A stretch of DNA of 64,000 nt, taken from contig JAEOTS010000110.1 of NCBI GenBank assembly GCA_016839745.1, forward strand, positions 1 to 64,000, written 5' to 3'. Source of the stretch: Promethearchaeota archaeon (GTDB lineage: Archaea > Asgardarchaeota > Lokiarchaeia > Sigyniarchaeales > SOKP01). The position numbers were made by a program, and so were the translations under genes. A model generated the notes under the pieces. The model saw nothing but the letters and a program-made list of their open reading frames with translations. It was not told the origin of the DNA and searched no databases. Shown here one piece after another: positions 8,968-19,140 of this stretch (the stretch's first letter is position 1; every line of letters begins with the position of its first letter).

Positions 8968-10113
8968 ATGGCAGAAGAAGAAAGTTTTTTAAACGCGAAA
9001 GCCTTAGTAGTCGACAATGGAACTGGAATTTCCAAAAATGGATTTGCCGGTGAAGACCAACCTCGTTCTGTGTTTCCAACTCTTATAGGTTATCCCAAAT
9101 ACGAATCGATAATGACCGATGTAGAACATTACACTCGTGAATACTACATAGGAGAGGAAGCTATGCAACTTAAAGGTGTTCTAAAGTTAATGTTTCCCGT
9201 AGAACATGGCATTATCGAAGATTGGACTGCTATGGAAAAGATTTGGCATTATACATTTTATACTGATTTAAGAATCGATCCTAGCGAACATCCAGTCCTT
9301 CTAACTGAAGCCCCATTGAACCCAAGACCAAACAGAGAGAAAATGGCAGAGATAATGTTTGAAACATTCAATGTTCCAGCCCTTTATGTTGCAATGCAGG
9401 CTGTCTTGTCTCTTTATGCCTCTGGGCGAACGACGGGATGCGTAATAGACATTGGAGATGGAGTTTCTCACGTAGTGCCCATTTTCGAAGGTTTCGCTTT
9501 AAGTCATGCTATCCAAAGAATCGATCTTGCTGGCCGTGATATCACAACCTACTTACAAAGATTACTCCGTCAAAAGGGATACTCATTTACAACTTCTGCA
9601 GAGAAAGAAATTGTTAGAGATATCAAGGAAAAACTCTGCTATGTAGCAATAGACCCAGAAAAAGAGATGATGCTCTCTAAAAAAGTTGCTGGGATGGAAA
9701 AAAGCTACATGCTTCCCGACGGAGAGACAATTAATGTAGGTGTTGAAAGATTTTTAGCACCCGAATGCTTCTTCAATCCATCTGTAATCGGGAAAGAATT
9801 AGAACCTCTCGATGATGTAATAGTCGGTGCTATTTCAGAATGTGATGTCGACCTTCGTAGAGACCTTTATGGTAATATTGTGCTTTCTGGTGGCTCAACA
9901 ATGTTCCCTGGAATTAAAGAACGCTTAACGAAGGAAATCAAAGAACAAATTCCAGAGTCAGTTGATGTAAAGATTATAGCTCCTCCAGAACGTATGTATT
10001 CCGTATGGATTGGTGGTTCTATCTTAAGTTCCCTGAAAACTTTCCACAGAATGTGGGTTACAAGGCGGGAATACAAGGAAATGGGACCTCAAGTTATACA
10101 TCGTTGCTTTTAA
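8968..10113 (+). CDS. Actin (Lokiactin-type Asgard actin)
   Basis: [68 protein letters not shown]-terminal IHRCF; very close to eukaryotic actin. Confidence 0.97.
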   Translation: MAEEESFLNAKALVVDNGTGISKNGFAGEDQPRSVFPTLIGYPKYESIMTDVEHYTREYYIGEEAMQLKGVLKLMFPVEHGIIEDWTAMEKIWHYTFYTDLRIDPSEHPVLLTEAPLNPRPNREKMAEIMFETFNVPALYVAMQAVLSLYASGRTTGCVIDIGDGVSHVVPIFEGFALSHAIQRIDLAGRDITTYLQRLLRQKGYSFTTSAEKEIVRDIKEKLCYVAIDPEKEMMLSKKVAGMEKSYMLPDGETINVGVERFLAPECFFNPSVIGKELEPLDDVIVGAISECDVDLRRDLYGNIVLSGGSTMFPGIKERLTKEIKEQIPESVDVKIIAPPERMYSVWIGGSILSSLKTFHRMWVTRREYKEMGPQVIHRCF

Positions 10114-10166
10114 GCCCATATGGGCAACCTCTAAAATTTTTTGAATTTTTTTATTTTTCTTTTTTT
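10114..10166 (+). terminator. Palindrome plus T-tracts after the actin stop codon
   Basis: Perfect palindrome GCCCATATGGGC (10114-10125) directly after TAA, followed by several oligo-T runs. Confidence 0.5.
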
Positions 10167-10316
10167 AATTCTTACTACTTTATTCAAACAATAACTTTTA
10201 AATATCTAAAATATAATCATAAATTTGATTGTAGTATTGAATTTTAGAATAACCTTTAAGATATTTTAGGCTTTTATCCAAAAGAGATTTAATTAACAAT
10301 ATTGAAGTGATCATAT

Positions 10317-11291
10317 ATGCCCGAAAGTAGTGTCATTTTAAACGATCTTAACAAAGTCTTTATACCTTGTAGAACGGTATTGGAGATGGAAGCATTAACT
10401 TCTTTGTTTTTAGAATACTATAATTATGATCTCATTAAAGAAATACCAAAAAGTCAACCCACAAGCCAACAAATTATTGAAGTTTTCCGAATTTTAGACT
10501 GTCAACCTCTCGAAAATATTATAAAATATTTTATAGATGGTGTTGTCCAAAAACTAAAACCCATAACTATGTATGAAAGAGATCATCACGATCGATTTAG
10601 AATGGGAAATGTCGTGGCTTATACGAAAACACGCGTTTGTCTTTATTTAGCATTACATAGACTTAAGTTAAAATTTATGTTCATCAAACATTTTATGACT
10701 AAATTTAAAGAAAATGGATTTAAATTAAATTTACCGGAAGAACAAGGAGATTTAGCACCTCATTTGTTTATTTCTTCCTTTTATAAAGACTACACTCATA
10801 AGAATAAGATGAATCTTAAAATGATGCTTTCTTCTAAAAGGGTTTCTGAAAGAGTTAGTAAATTAATAGATCTCAAGGATATTATAACTAACGAGGATAT
10901 TATCAACGCAATAACTTTTAAGAGATATTTAGACGACATTAATCGAATTAAATTTATAATGAGAGAAATTAAAGCCTCGATTTTCGTATGTAAGGTGATG
11001 TTTGCTCAAATGGATGTATTTGATCCGTTTTCTGAAGGAAAAGAAATCATGGTCGATGCTGAAGAATTTATGTTGAACCAAGATTTTATTCCAGTATTAA
11101 TCCCCGCAATATCAAATGCTTATTCTGGTAGTAATAAGGCTCAACTTGAAGATTTATTCCAAGCTTATGAATTTATGATGAAAAGAGTATTAGGCGGTAT
11201 TAATTACGCTATTGAAATAGCTTCAGGTGGACAAATCCTCTTGGATTTAGAAGGTACAATATACAACTCTGGTAATATCTTCGACATATGA
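10317..11291 (+). CDS. Hypothetical protein (predicted mostly helical)
   Basis: 324-aa ORF with GAAGTGAT SD-like motif before the ATG; no recognised motif. Confidence 0.75.
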   Translation: MPESSVILNDLNKVFIPCRTVLEMEALTSLFLEYYNYDLIKEIPKSQPTSQQIIEVFRILDCQPLENIIKYFIDGVVQKLKPITMYERDHHDRFRMGNVVAYTKTRVCLYLALHRLKLKFMFIKHFMTKFKENGFKLNLPEEQGDLAPHLFISSFYKDYTHKNKMNLKMMLSSKRVSERVSKLIDLKDIITNEDIINAITFKRYLDDINRIKFIMREIKASIFVCKVMFAQMDVFDPFSEGKEIMVDAEEFMLNQDFIPVLIPAISNAYSGSNKAQLEDLFQAYEFMMKRVLGGINYAIEIASGGQILLDLEGTIYNSGNIFDI

Positions 11292-11418
11292 GTCAGGATT
11301 TTGAAAAATACTCGTTTTTACCTCTGCCTCATTCAATTAAAGGCCATTATTAAAAATGTTAAAAAATAAATTAGATTAAATATTAATGAAGGAATAAATA
11401 CACAACTTTCAGATTTCT

Positions 11419-12699
11419 ATGCCAAGAAGAGAAATTGATAAGACTCGTTTTACGCCAGATTTTAACCATATGTTAAATATTGTTATTTTGAATAGCTTAG
11501 GGTTTTTTTTTATTGGTTTTTTAGTCCCAATAATTGCCCGATATAATATGATCGCATCTGCAATACAAATTAGTTTGATCGTTTCCTTTCAAGTATTAGG
11601 TCGAGCTGTTAGTGGTACTATCACAGGATTTTTAACTGATCGAGCTACATCAAGGAAAATACTCGTTTTAATCGGATCAATCGGGAGAGGAACCTCATAT
11701 TTCATAATTTATACCGCTATAGTTTTGAACTATTTACTACTGCTTGGAATAGGAACATTTACTTTAGGTTTTATGGCGGGTGTGTTTTGGGTTCCGTTTA
11801 ATACACTAATTGCAGAAAAATCCAATAAAGATAATCGTTCTGAAGCTTACGGAAAAAGAAATTCTGCAAATGCTATAGGTCAAATGATTGGAGGTGTTAT
11901 AGGTTTTCTTCTTCTAATGCTACTTGAATACTTCACTGTTAATCCTTTCCTTTTATATGCTAGTATCCCAATCTTTGGTATTGCTAACTTCTATGCGGGT
12001 TTTAAGTTCAATCGGGAGGTAGATGAATCAATTAAATTTGCCAATCCTTCAGATCATCTCTTTAATCCTCAAAATAATGAAAATAACACTGACAAAACAA
12101 AATTTGTAGGTCCCATCATATTTGGATCAATTTTCCTAATGATAGTGTTACTTCTAAGTAATATTAACGGTTCAATCGCAAAACCTTTTTTGAATATTTA
12201 TGTTATTGAAACAATTGAAAGTGACATCCAATTAGTCACATGGGCATATCTACCCGCGGGAGTAGTAGCAACACTGTTAGCTCCAAAATTGGGAGTAATT
12301 GTAGATAAATTACGACCTGCTATAGGTATAACAATTACAAGCTCACTGGGTGCATTGGTCACGTGGTTATTAATAAATTCGGCCAATATTTGGGTTTTTT
12401 CTTTTCTTTTATTAATCGATCTCACCATTATGATTGGATCAGGATTAATTTTTCAGAATTTGCTGAGTAGGATATCATTGAAAAATCGTGGCAAAATTAT
12501 AGGCTCAGGTGAATTCTTTCAATTTCTTGGAAGTTTTATTGGCCCAATTCTAGGAGGAGTAGTATGGGATTTTATCGACCCAAGTTACCCTTTTATTATA
12601 TCAATCTTCGTCGAACTATCGCTTATACCACTTTACTTGGTCGTTGTATATTATTTAATACCCCATCTAGCTGAAACTTTTGCGATAAAAAAGAAATAA
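11419..12699 (+). CDS. MFS transporter
   Basis: ~12 hydrophobic segments; GFLTDR..R motif A; NRGKIIG and GPILGG. Confidence 0.9.
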   Translation: MPRREIDKTRFTPDFNHMLNIVILNSLGFFFIGFLVPIIARYNMIASAIQISLIVSFQVLGRAVSGTITGFLTDRATSRKILVLIGSIGRGTSYFIIYTAIVLNYLLLLGIGTFTLGFMAGVFWVPFNTLIAEKSNKDNRSEAYGKRNSANAIGQMIGGVIGFLLLMLLEYFTVNPFLLYASIPIFGIANFYAGFKFNREVDESIKFANPSDHLFNPQNNENNTDKTKFVGPIIFGSIFLMIVLLLSNINGSIAKPFLNIYVIETIESDIQLVTWAYLPAGVVATLLAPKLGVIVDKLRPAIGITITSSLGALVTWLLINSANIWVFSFLLLIDLTIMIGSGLIFQNLLSRISLKNRGKIIGSGEFFQFLGSFIGPILGGVVWDFIDPSYPFIISIFVELSLIPLYLVVVYYLIPHLAETFAIKKK

Positions 12700-12721
12700 G
12701 AAAAAATCTAAAAAAGTCAGA

Positions 12722-13609
12722 TTAATGCTCTTTAGGCATTTGTTTTAATTCTGCAAGAGAGAAGACTGGTCCATCGATGCAAACATATTTATCACCAATA
12801 TTACATCTTCCACACTTTCCAATACCACATTTCATTCTCATCTCTAATGAATTAAGAATTTGTTCGTCCTTCCAATTCAACTTTTCTAATTCGTTTTGAG
12901 CTGTTTTAATCATAATTGGAGGACCGCACACAACCGCTACTGCATTATCAGATGATGGGGCAACCTCTTTAACCACTGCTGCAACAAAACCCACCTTCCG
13001 CGTCCAATCTTCTTCTTCGCGATCAATGGTCAAAACCACATCAATATCGTCTCGTTTTTCCCATTCTTCTAAGACATCGCGATATAACACTTCTCCAGAA
13101 TTTCGATTTCCATAAATTACCGTTATATTTCCGTAATCCTTCCTATGTTTCTCGTCTAGAACATACAAAATTAAAGAACGCAAAGTTGAAAACGCAAAAC
13201 CTCCACCAATCACAACGATGTTTTTTCCTTTTAGCTCTTCCATTGGCCAACCGTTCCCTAACGGACCTCTTACGCCAATAGTGTCTCCAATATCGCTATT
13301 ATGAAACGAAGAAGTAACCGTTCCCATTTTTTTAATCGTGAATTTGATAGTCCCTTCTTCGGTCGGAGACGAAGCTATTCCGATCGGGCATTCCCCCTTT
13401 CCGATAAAACTTATTTCAGCATATTGGCCAGGAATATAATTAAACTTCTTATAATCTTCTTCTTTTATAAATTCTAATTCGAAAGTTTTTATGTCGTTAA
13501 CCTCATTTTCTGATATTATTGACTTTATTTTTGTAAGCATTGGTATATAAGGATTAGGCACTAACTTTCTCACCCTCTTCTTTTTCTTCAATTTCGAGAA
13601 TTTTATCAA
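12722..13609 (-). CDS. flxA: FlxA/HydG/AsrB-like FAD/NAD(P)-binding oxidoreductase with 2Fe-2S (true start probably ~13561-13573)
   Basis: PGQY, RGPLGNG, GGGFAF, CGPPIM, MKCGIGKCGRC...VCIDGPVF. Confidence 0.85.
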   Translation of the reverse strand: MIKFSKLKKKKRVRKLVPNPYIPMLTKIKSIISENEVNDIKTFELEFIKEEDYKKFNYIPGQYAEISFIGKGECPIGIASSPTEEGTIKFTIKKMGTVTSSFHNSDIGDTIGVRGPLGNGWPMEELKGKNIVVIGGGFAFSTLRSLILYVLDEKHRKDYGNITVIYGNRNSGEVLYRDVLEEWEKRDDIDVVLTIDREEEDWTRKVGFVAAVVKEVAPSSDNAVAVVCGPPIMIKTAQNELEKLNWKDEQILNSLEMRMKCGIGKCGRCNIGDKYVCIDGPVFSLAELKQMPKEH

Positions 13610-14615
13610 TTATCAATCTGAGTTCGTTATTAACGGGGCACGCGATAATGCATCTTCCGCACCCTACACACCCTAAACAATCGTAATTTGACGGATAATA
13701 GCTAAATTTGTGCATTATTCGATTTCTACACCTCTGTATTTTTTCCGGGCGTGGATTGTGACCGCTCGTTTCAAGCGTGTAAAGGCAAGACTGGCAGGTG
13801 TCCCAGATTCTTATTCGCCTACCTCGGTTATTATATTCGTCGTTTTCGTCGATAACGTCAAAACAGGTACATGTGGGACAAAGGAACGTACACGAGCTAC
13901 ATCCGATACAGCTTTCGCTAATTTCTTGCCAGACGGGATGCTCGAAGTTTTCGTCTAACACTTTTGTAACTAAATCGAAATTGAATTTTGTCGTAAACGA
14001 ATCCTCCGCTTGCTTTGCTAACTCTTTGGATTTATCAATGTCCGCCTTTTTCGCGACAGTAAGCCAGGATAATTTTTTTACGAGGTTCTTGCCTTTTTCG
14101 CTTATGGCTTCAACTAAATAGTTATCTCCTAAGTCAGATAGGAATACATCTGTGCTTTCTTTTTGGAAAGGATGACCGCCAACAGACGTACAGAAGCACG
14201 ATTGCCTTGGATTATTACACCCTATGCCGACAATTGTCGCGTTTTCCCGTTTTTTTAGAAACACATCGTCTTGGAAGTCACCTGAGGCAAAAAAATCCTC
14301 TAATAGTTTAAAACTATACGCATCGCAAGGTCTAACTCCGAAAATTAAAATTTTATCCTCTAAATCTTTTCTCTCTTCAATTATGACGTCTTTCCCTTCG
14401 TATCTATACTCAAAAATAGTTTCTTTTTGAGGAAACAGTACGTCTTTTGGGGGAACCTTTGAGTTCAAGAAATCTAATTCAATCTCTTCCGAATTTGAAA
14501 TCTTCTTAAAAGATATATTGCCCTTTACTTTAGTAGGAGCGTAGAACTTGTATTCTTTTACAAGTTCGTTATAGAGCTTACTAATTTCGGTTTTTTTTAA
14601 TATTTTTTCTTCCAT
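13554..14615 (-). CDS. flxB: FlxB/AsrA/HydB-like 4Fe-4S protein
   Basis: GVRPCD, CFCTSVG, CIGCSSCTFLCPTCTCF, RIWDTC, CVGCGRCIIACP. Confidence 0.85.
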   Translation of the reverse strand: MEEKILKKTEISKLYNELVKEYKFYAPTKVKGNISFKKISNSEEIELDFLNSKVPPKDVLFPQKETIFEYRYEGKDVIIEERKDLEDKILIFGVRPCDAYSFKLLEDFFASGDFQDDVFLKKRENATIVGIGCNNPRQSCFCTSVGGHPFQKESTDVFLSDLGDNYLVEAISEKGKNLVKKLSWLTVAKKADIDKSKELAKQAEDSFTTKFNFDLVTKVLDENFEHPVWQEISESCIGCSSCTFLCPTCTCFDVIDENDEYNNRGRRIRIWDTCQSCLYTLETSGHNPRPEKIQRCRNRIMHKFSYYPSNYDCLGCVGCGRCIIACPVNNELRLIIDKILEIEEKEEGEKVSA

Positions 14616-14631
14616 ATTATAACCACTTTAG

Positions 14632-15663
14632 TTAATCCTCTTCTAGCATAAATTCTTCTGCATCTTCCATTTTGAAATCTACCATTGGTGGTAAAACATC
14701 TGGGTCGAGACCAGAAGTAAAATCAAATCTTTCCTTTACAATCTTTTCTAATTTTCTGTTTATGAGGTTTAGATCGATTCCCATAGGACACACTAACGAG
14801 CACGCACCACAGGCTACACACCTACCCGCCATGTGCATCGCGCGGATTAAATGATACACTATAATGTCTGGTAAATCCGTTGTCTTCCCAAACCAGATTG
14901 GTTTGTTCTGATCGACGAAACAGAGATTACAATAACACATAGGGCACGCTTCTCTACACGCGTAACACCTCGTACACACGCTTAAAGCGTCTGTAATATA
15001 TTCCCATTTTTCTTCGGGAGTTTTCGATTCGAACTCTTCAATATCGGTAAACTCGTCCACAATATGTGAATACTCTTCGCATTCGCCAACGCACAAATCA
15101 GGATACTTAGATACTATAGGAGGTTTTCTAATTTTACATCCTTTGCATAATTCATTCATGTTTTCATCGAATGGAAACTCCTTTTCAAAATCTTTTCCCT
15201 TAACGATAATGTTGCTACCCGATACGGAGACTTCAAGTATTTCCTTTTCACCGATTTCCATCTCTATCCGTTGCCGGTTAACAACTCCGTTACACGGAAT
15301 TCCAATAATCGTTATTTCGTCTAAATTAATCTTGTTTTCTGAGGCTAAATGAATTAGCGCTCTTCCAACGCACCCTTTAGAAACAACGCCAACTTTTAAG
15401 TTACCCTTTTCGGGATCCACGAACTTTGGTACCCGAGGAACAAGATATTTGGCTAAATTTACGTAGCACTTATTGTTCCATAATAACTTATCTACTTCTT
15501 CCTCTTTATCTATGATAATTGGTTGCGTAAGCAAGGGTAACGATCCTTTCTCGTAGCCAATAATCACGTCTACCTTCTTTTCTTTAAGCAAGCCCCTTGC
15601 GATTTCTCTCAGGTTATTTTCTATATCTTTATTTTCGGTTTCAAGTCCCACGATCATCACCAT
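14632..15663 (-). CDS. flxC: FlxC/FdhB-like 4Fe-4S dicluster protein
   Basis: CTRCYACREACPMCYC and RAMHMAGRCVACGACSLVCP; position in flxDCBA order. Confidence 0.75.
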   Translation of the reverse strand: MVMIVGLETENKDIENNLREIARGLLKEKKVDVIIGYEKGSLPLLTQPIIIDKEEEVDKLLWNNKCYVNLAKYLVPRVPKFVDPEKGNLKVGVVSKGCVGRALIHLASENKINLDEITIIGIPCNGVVNRQRIEMEIGEKEILEVSVSGSNIIVKGKDFEKEFPFDENMNELCKGCKIRKPPIVSKYPDLCVGECEEYSHIVDEFTDIEEFESKTPEEKWEYITDALSVCTRCYACREACPMCYCNLCFVDQNKPIWFGKTTDLPDIIVYHLIRAMHMAGRCVACGACSLVCPMGIDLNLINRKLEKIVKERFDFTSGLDPDVLPPMVDFKMEDAEEFMLEED

Positions 15664-16112
15664 TTTTTTTCAAATTTTTTGTTTGGACCGAGTTTTTTTA
15701 CAATTTCGGTCGCTTTTCGAATTAACACGGCAAATCGCTCGCCCTCTGCGGCAGAAGCCCACATAAAGTTAACTCTTCCGGGTTCTATGCCGAAGAATTC
15801 TAATAGCTCTTTTAATATCGCAAACCTTCTTCGGGCAACCAAATTTCCGCTAATATAGTGGCAGTCACCAGGGTGGCATCCAGAAACAACGACCCCGTCC
15901 CAGCCGTCGGTTAAACTTTTTATAATAAAGTAAGCGTTAATTCTTCCAGAACAAGGAACTCTTACGATTCTAATGTTTGGGGGATATTGAATCCTACTCA
16001 CGCCCGCTAAATCAGCTCCGGCGTAAGAACACCAATTACACAGAAAAGCGATAATTTTTGGCTCCCATTCTTTACTTTCAGATTGTTTTGTTTCAACAAT
16101 AGGTTCAGTCAT
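15657..16112 (-). CDS. mvhD: MvhD/FlxD iron-sulfur subunit
   Basis: FLCNWCSYAGADLAG, RVPCSGR, GCHPGDCHY, WASAAEG. Confidence 0.92.
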   Translation of the reverse strand: MTEPIVETKQSESKEWEPKIIAFLCNWCSYAGADLAGVSRIQYPPNIRIVRVPCSGRINAYFIIKSLTDGWDGVVVSGCHPGDCHYISGNLVARRRFAILKELLEFFGIEPGRVNFMWASAAEGERFAVLIRKATEIVKKLGPNKKFEKKW

Positions 16113-16114
16113 TT

Positions 16115-19100
16115 TTATAACCTCCCTGTTATCATAGCATATATTTGTTCAGATGAAAAACCTGCTACATCTATTGCAGCACATCTACAATTTCCTGAGC
16201 AGGCCCCACACCCTTTACATAGAGCGGAATTAATAACAGCAACGGTACCAAATCTTCTATCTTCAATTAATTCTATCGCATTATAAGCACAGTTGTCTAT
16301 GCACATTCCACAACCACTACATCTAGCAGGATCAACAGTAGCTATTTTACCTTCAGCTTCTATTTCGTCTTTTGAAAGAATTGTACACGCTCTTGAAACC
16401 GCAGCATTTGCTTGAGAAATAGAATCCTCAATTGTTTTTGGGCAGTGGGCTAAACCTGCGACGAAGACTCCTTCCGTAGCAAAATCAACTGGTCGAAGCT
16501 TTACATGAGCTTCTAAGAAAAAGTTATCGTCGTTTAAAGGTACTTTTAAAAGTTTGCCCATTTCCTCGTTTTCTTCTTTTTGGGCTACTATTCCAACACT
16601 TAATACTAGTAAATCTGAGTTTATTTGAATTTTGTCTTTTCTAGGGGAAACAACAGTCACTCTTAATTTCGAGCCTTCTGGCACAATTTCTGGAGGATTA
16701 TTTTCATCGTAACGAATAAAAACAATTCCTTCTTCACGTGCCATTCTATAGTATTTTTCTTTAAATCCATAAGTTCTAATATCTCTAAATAAAATCACAA
16801 TCTCAGTGGAAGGACTCTTCCTCTTAGCAACTATTGCATTTTTTATTGCTTCCGCGCAACACATCTTACTACAATAAGGATGTTCTTCGTTTCGAGATCC
16901 TACGCACTGAATCATAACAATTGATTTTTTATCTTTAATATCATCAGTAGTGTTTATATACTTCTCAAATTCAGATTGAGTAATCACTTTATCGTTTTTA
17001 CCATATAAATATTCATTCGGTTCATATTCTTTAGCACCTGTTGCTACAACTACAACCCCATGTTCAAATTCTACTTTATTCTTTTCTGAACCAAAAGTTA
17101 CTGATGATTTGAAATTTCCAATATAACCATCAATGGTTTCAATTTCCGCCTCTGTGAAAACATGTATATTGGCGTGTGTTTTTACTTTTTCTATCAATTC
17201 TGTTAGGAAATCTTGCACATTTCCACCTTCAAGCGTAGTATAAATGTTTCGGGCAAAACCTCCTAATTCTTTTTCCTTTTCGATTAAAAAAGTCTCATAA
17301 TTTTGATTCGCAAAATTCAGAGCTGCAACCATCCCAGTAATGCCACCTCCTATAACCAGAGGTTTAGGAGTTACTCCCAATTTTATTCTCTCTAATGGCT
17401 GTATGTTTCTCGCTTTATTTACTGCCATTCTTACGAGGTCCTTTGCTTTATCTGTAGCCTCCTCTGGTTGGTTCATATGAACCCAACTACATTGATCGCG
17501 TATGTTTGCCATTTGAAATAAGTATCTATTTAACCCTGCTTCTCTAATAGTTTCTTGAAACAATGGTTCGTGAGTTCTGGGGGTACAAGACGCTACAATA
17601 ACTCTATTAAGGGTATAATCCTTAATCATATCCTTGATTATCGTTTGAGTGTCAGCTGAGCAAGTATATAAGTTCTGATCCGCTAAAACTACATTTGGAA
17701 GTGAACTTGCATATTTTACTACTTCAGGAACATCAACATATCCTCCAATATTTACACCGCAATGACAGATAAATACTCCAATCCTTGGTGGTTGACCCGC
17801 GACAAATATTTCTGGTGGTAATGTTTTCTCTGTAATTAATGTATCTCTCTGATCGTATAACAGCGTATTTACGCAACCTGCAGCTGCGCTTGCTTGAGTG
17901 ACTGTCTCAGGAATATCTTTCGGTGAGGAAAAAGCACCACAAACAAAAACACCTGGTTTAGTTGTCTGAACAGGGTTAAAAATATCCGTTTTAGCGAAAT
18001 TAAATTCGTTCAATTCAATTCCAAATTTATTGGCTAAATATTTAGCATCATCTGGAGGGTTTAAGCCAACCGAAAGTACTACCATCTCAAAATTTTCTTC
18101 AATAATTTCCCCGTTTTCTGTTTCGTATTTTATTATCAGATCTTTGGTATCTGGATCCTCTTTAACTGAAGAAATCCGACTTCGAATATAGCGTACACCA
18201 TATTCTTCTTGTGCTCGAATGATATATTTATCAAAGTCTTTTCCGTACGCCCTTATATCCATGCTGAAAATTGTTGGTCTTATTTGATGCATATGTTCGT
18301 GAGCGATTACTGCTTCTTTTGCCGTATACATACAACACACTGAAGAACAATAAGGTTGACCATTTCCCGTAAAATCACGAGATCCAATACACTGTAGAAA
18401 CGCGACTTTTTCTGGGATATCTCCATCAGACGGTCGTAATACTTTTCCTGCATAAGGGCCACTCGCGCTTAATATTCGCTCGAATTCAATACTTGTGACA
18501 ACATTTTTATACTTCCCATATCCATACATATTACCCTCAGGAGGGATATATTCATCGAAACCAGGGGCTAATACAATTCCACCTACCTTTATCTCAACTA
18601 TCTCATCCTCTAAATCGTATTCTACAGCATTTGCTTTACACACACCCCTACAAATGCCACACCCTATACAATAATCTTTATTTATCGCGTAAACAAGAGG
18701 GACTGCTTGTGGATACTTAACAGATGTTGCTGCAAATTTAGATAAATTCTCGTTGAAAACATCAATTGCCTCTACTGGACAAGCTCGACCACATACACCA
18801 CATCCTGTGCATTTATCCGTATTCACATATAATGTTTTCTTTAATAATTTAACTGTAAAATTACCTGCTTCTCCTGAAACATCCAAAATTTTGCAATTTA
18901 TACTCAGATCAATATTATGATGCCGACCGGTCTCTACAAGCTTAGGACTTACAATGCACATAGCACAATCGTTAGTTGGGAAAGTTTTATCCAGCTGAGC
19001 CATCACGCCACCTATGCTCGTTGTTGATTCAAGTAAATAAACTTTAAATCCAGCATCACCTAAATCTAGAGCCGTTTGAGAACCTCCAATTCCTGCTCCT

Positions 19101-19129
19101 ACTACTAATACTGCTCCTACTTTTTCCAT
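16115..19129 (-). CDS. hdrA: Large HdrA-family flavoprotein (two HdrA FAD modules fused, 1004 aa)
   Basis: GAGIGG, LDKTFPTNDC, QCIGSR...YCSSVCC, VASCTPRTHE, GGGITG, QCVGSR...YCSKMCC, EAHVKLRP, ferredoxin motifs. Confidence 0.92.
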   Translation of the reverse strand: MEKVGAVLVVGAGIGGSQTALDLGDAGFKVYLLESTTSIGGVMAQLDKTFPTNDCAMCIVSPKLVETGRHHNIDLSINCKILDVSGEAGNFTVKLLKKTLYVNTDKCTGCGVCGRACPVEAIDVFNENLSKFAATSVKYPQAVPLVYAINKDYCIGCGICRGVCKANAVEYDLEDEIVEIKVGGIVLAPGFDEYIPPEGNMYGYGKYKNVVTSIEFERILSASGPYAGKVLRPSDGDIPEKVAFLQCIGSRDFTGNGQPYCSSVCCMYTAKEAVIAHEHMHQIRPTIFSMDIRAYGKDFDKYIIRAQEEYGVRYIRSRISSVKEDPDTKDLIIKYETENGEIIEENFEMVVLSVGLNPPDDAKYLANKFGIELNEFNFAKTDIFNPVQTTKPGVFVCGAFSSPKDIPETVTQASAAAGCVNTLLYDQRDTLITEKTLPPEIFVAGQPPRIGVFICHCGVNIGGYVDVPEVVKYASSLPNVVLADQNLYTCSADTQTIIKDMIKDYTLNRVIVASCTPRTHEPLFQETIREAGLNRYLFQMANIRDQCSWVHMNQPEEATDKAKDLVRMAVNKARNIQPLERIKLGVTPKPLVIGGGITGMVAALNFANQNYETFLIEKEKELGGFARNIYTTLEGGNVQDFLTELIEKVKTHANIHVFTEAEIETIDGYIGNFKSSVTFGSEKNKVEFEHGVVVVATGAKEYEPNEYLYGKNDKVITQSEFEKYINTTDDIKDKKSIVMIQCVGSRNEEHPYCSKMCCAEAIKNAIVAKRKSPSTEIVILFRDIRTYGFKEKYYRMAREEGIVFIRYDENNPPEIVPEGSKLRVTVVSPRKDKIQINSDLLVLSVGIVAQKEENEEMGKLLKVPLNDDNFFLEAHVKLRPVDFATEGVFVAGLAHCPKTIEDSISQANAAVSRACTILSKDEIEAEGKIATVDPARCSGCGMCIDNCAYNAIELIEDRRFGTVAVINSALCKGCGACSGNCRCAAIDVAGFSSEQIYAMITGRL

Positions 19130-19140
19130 TTTTTTTACCT

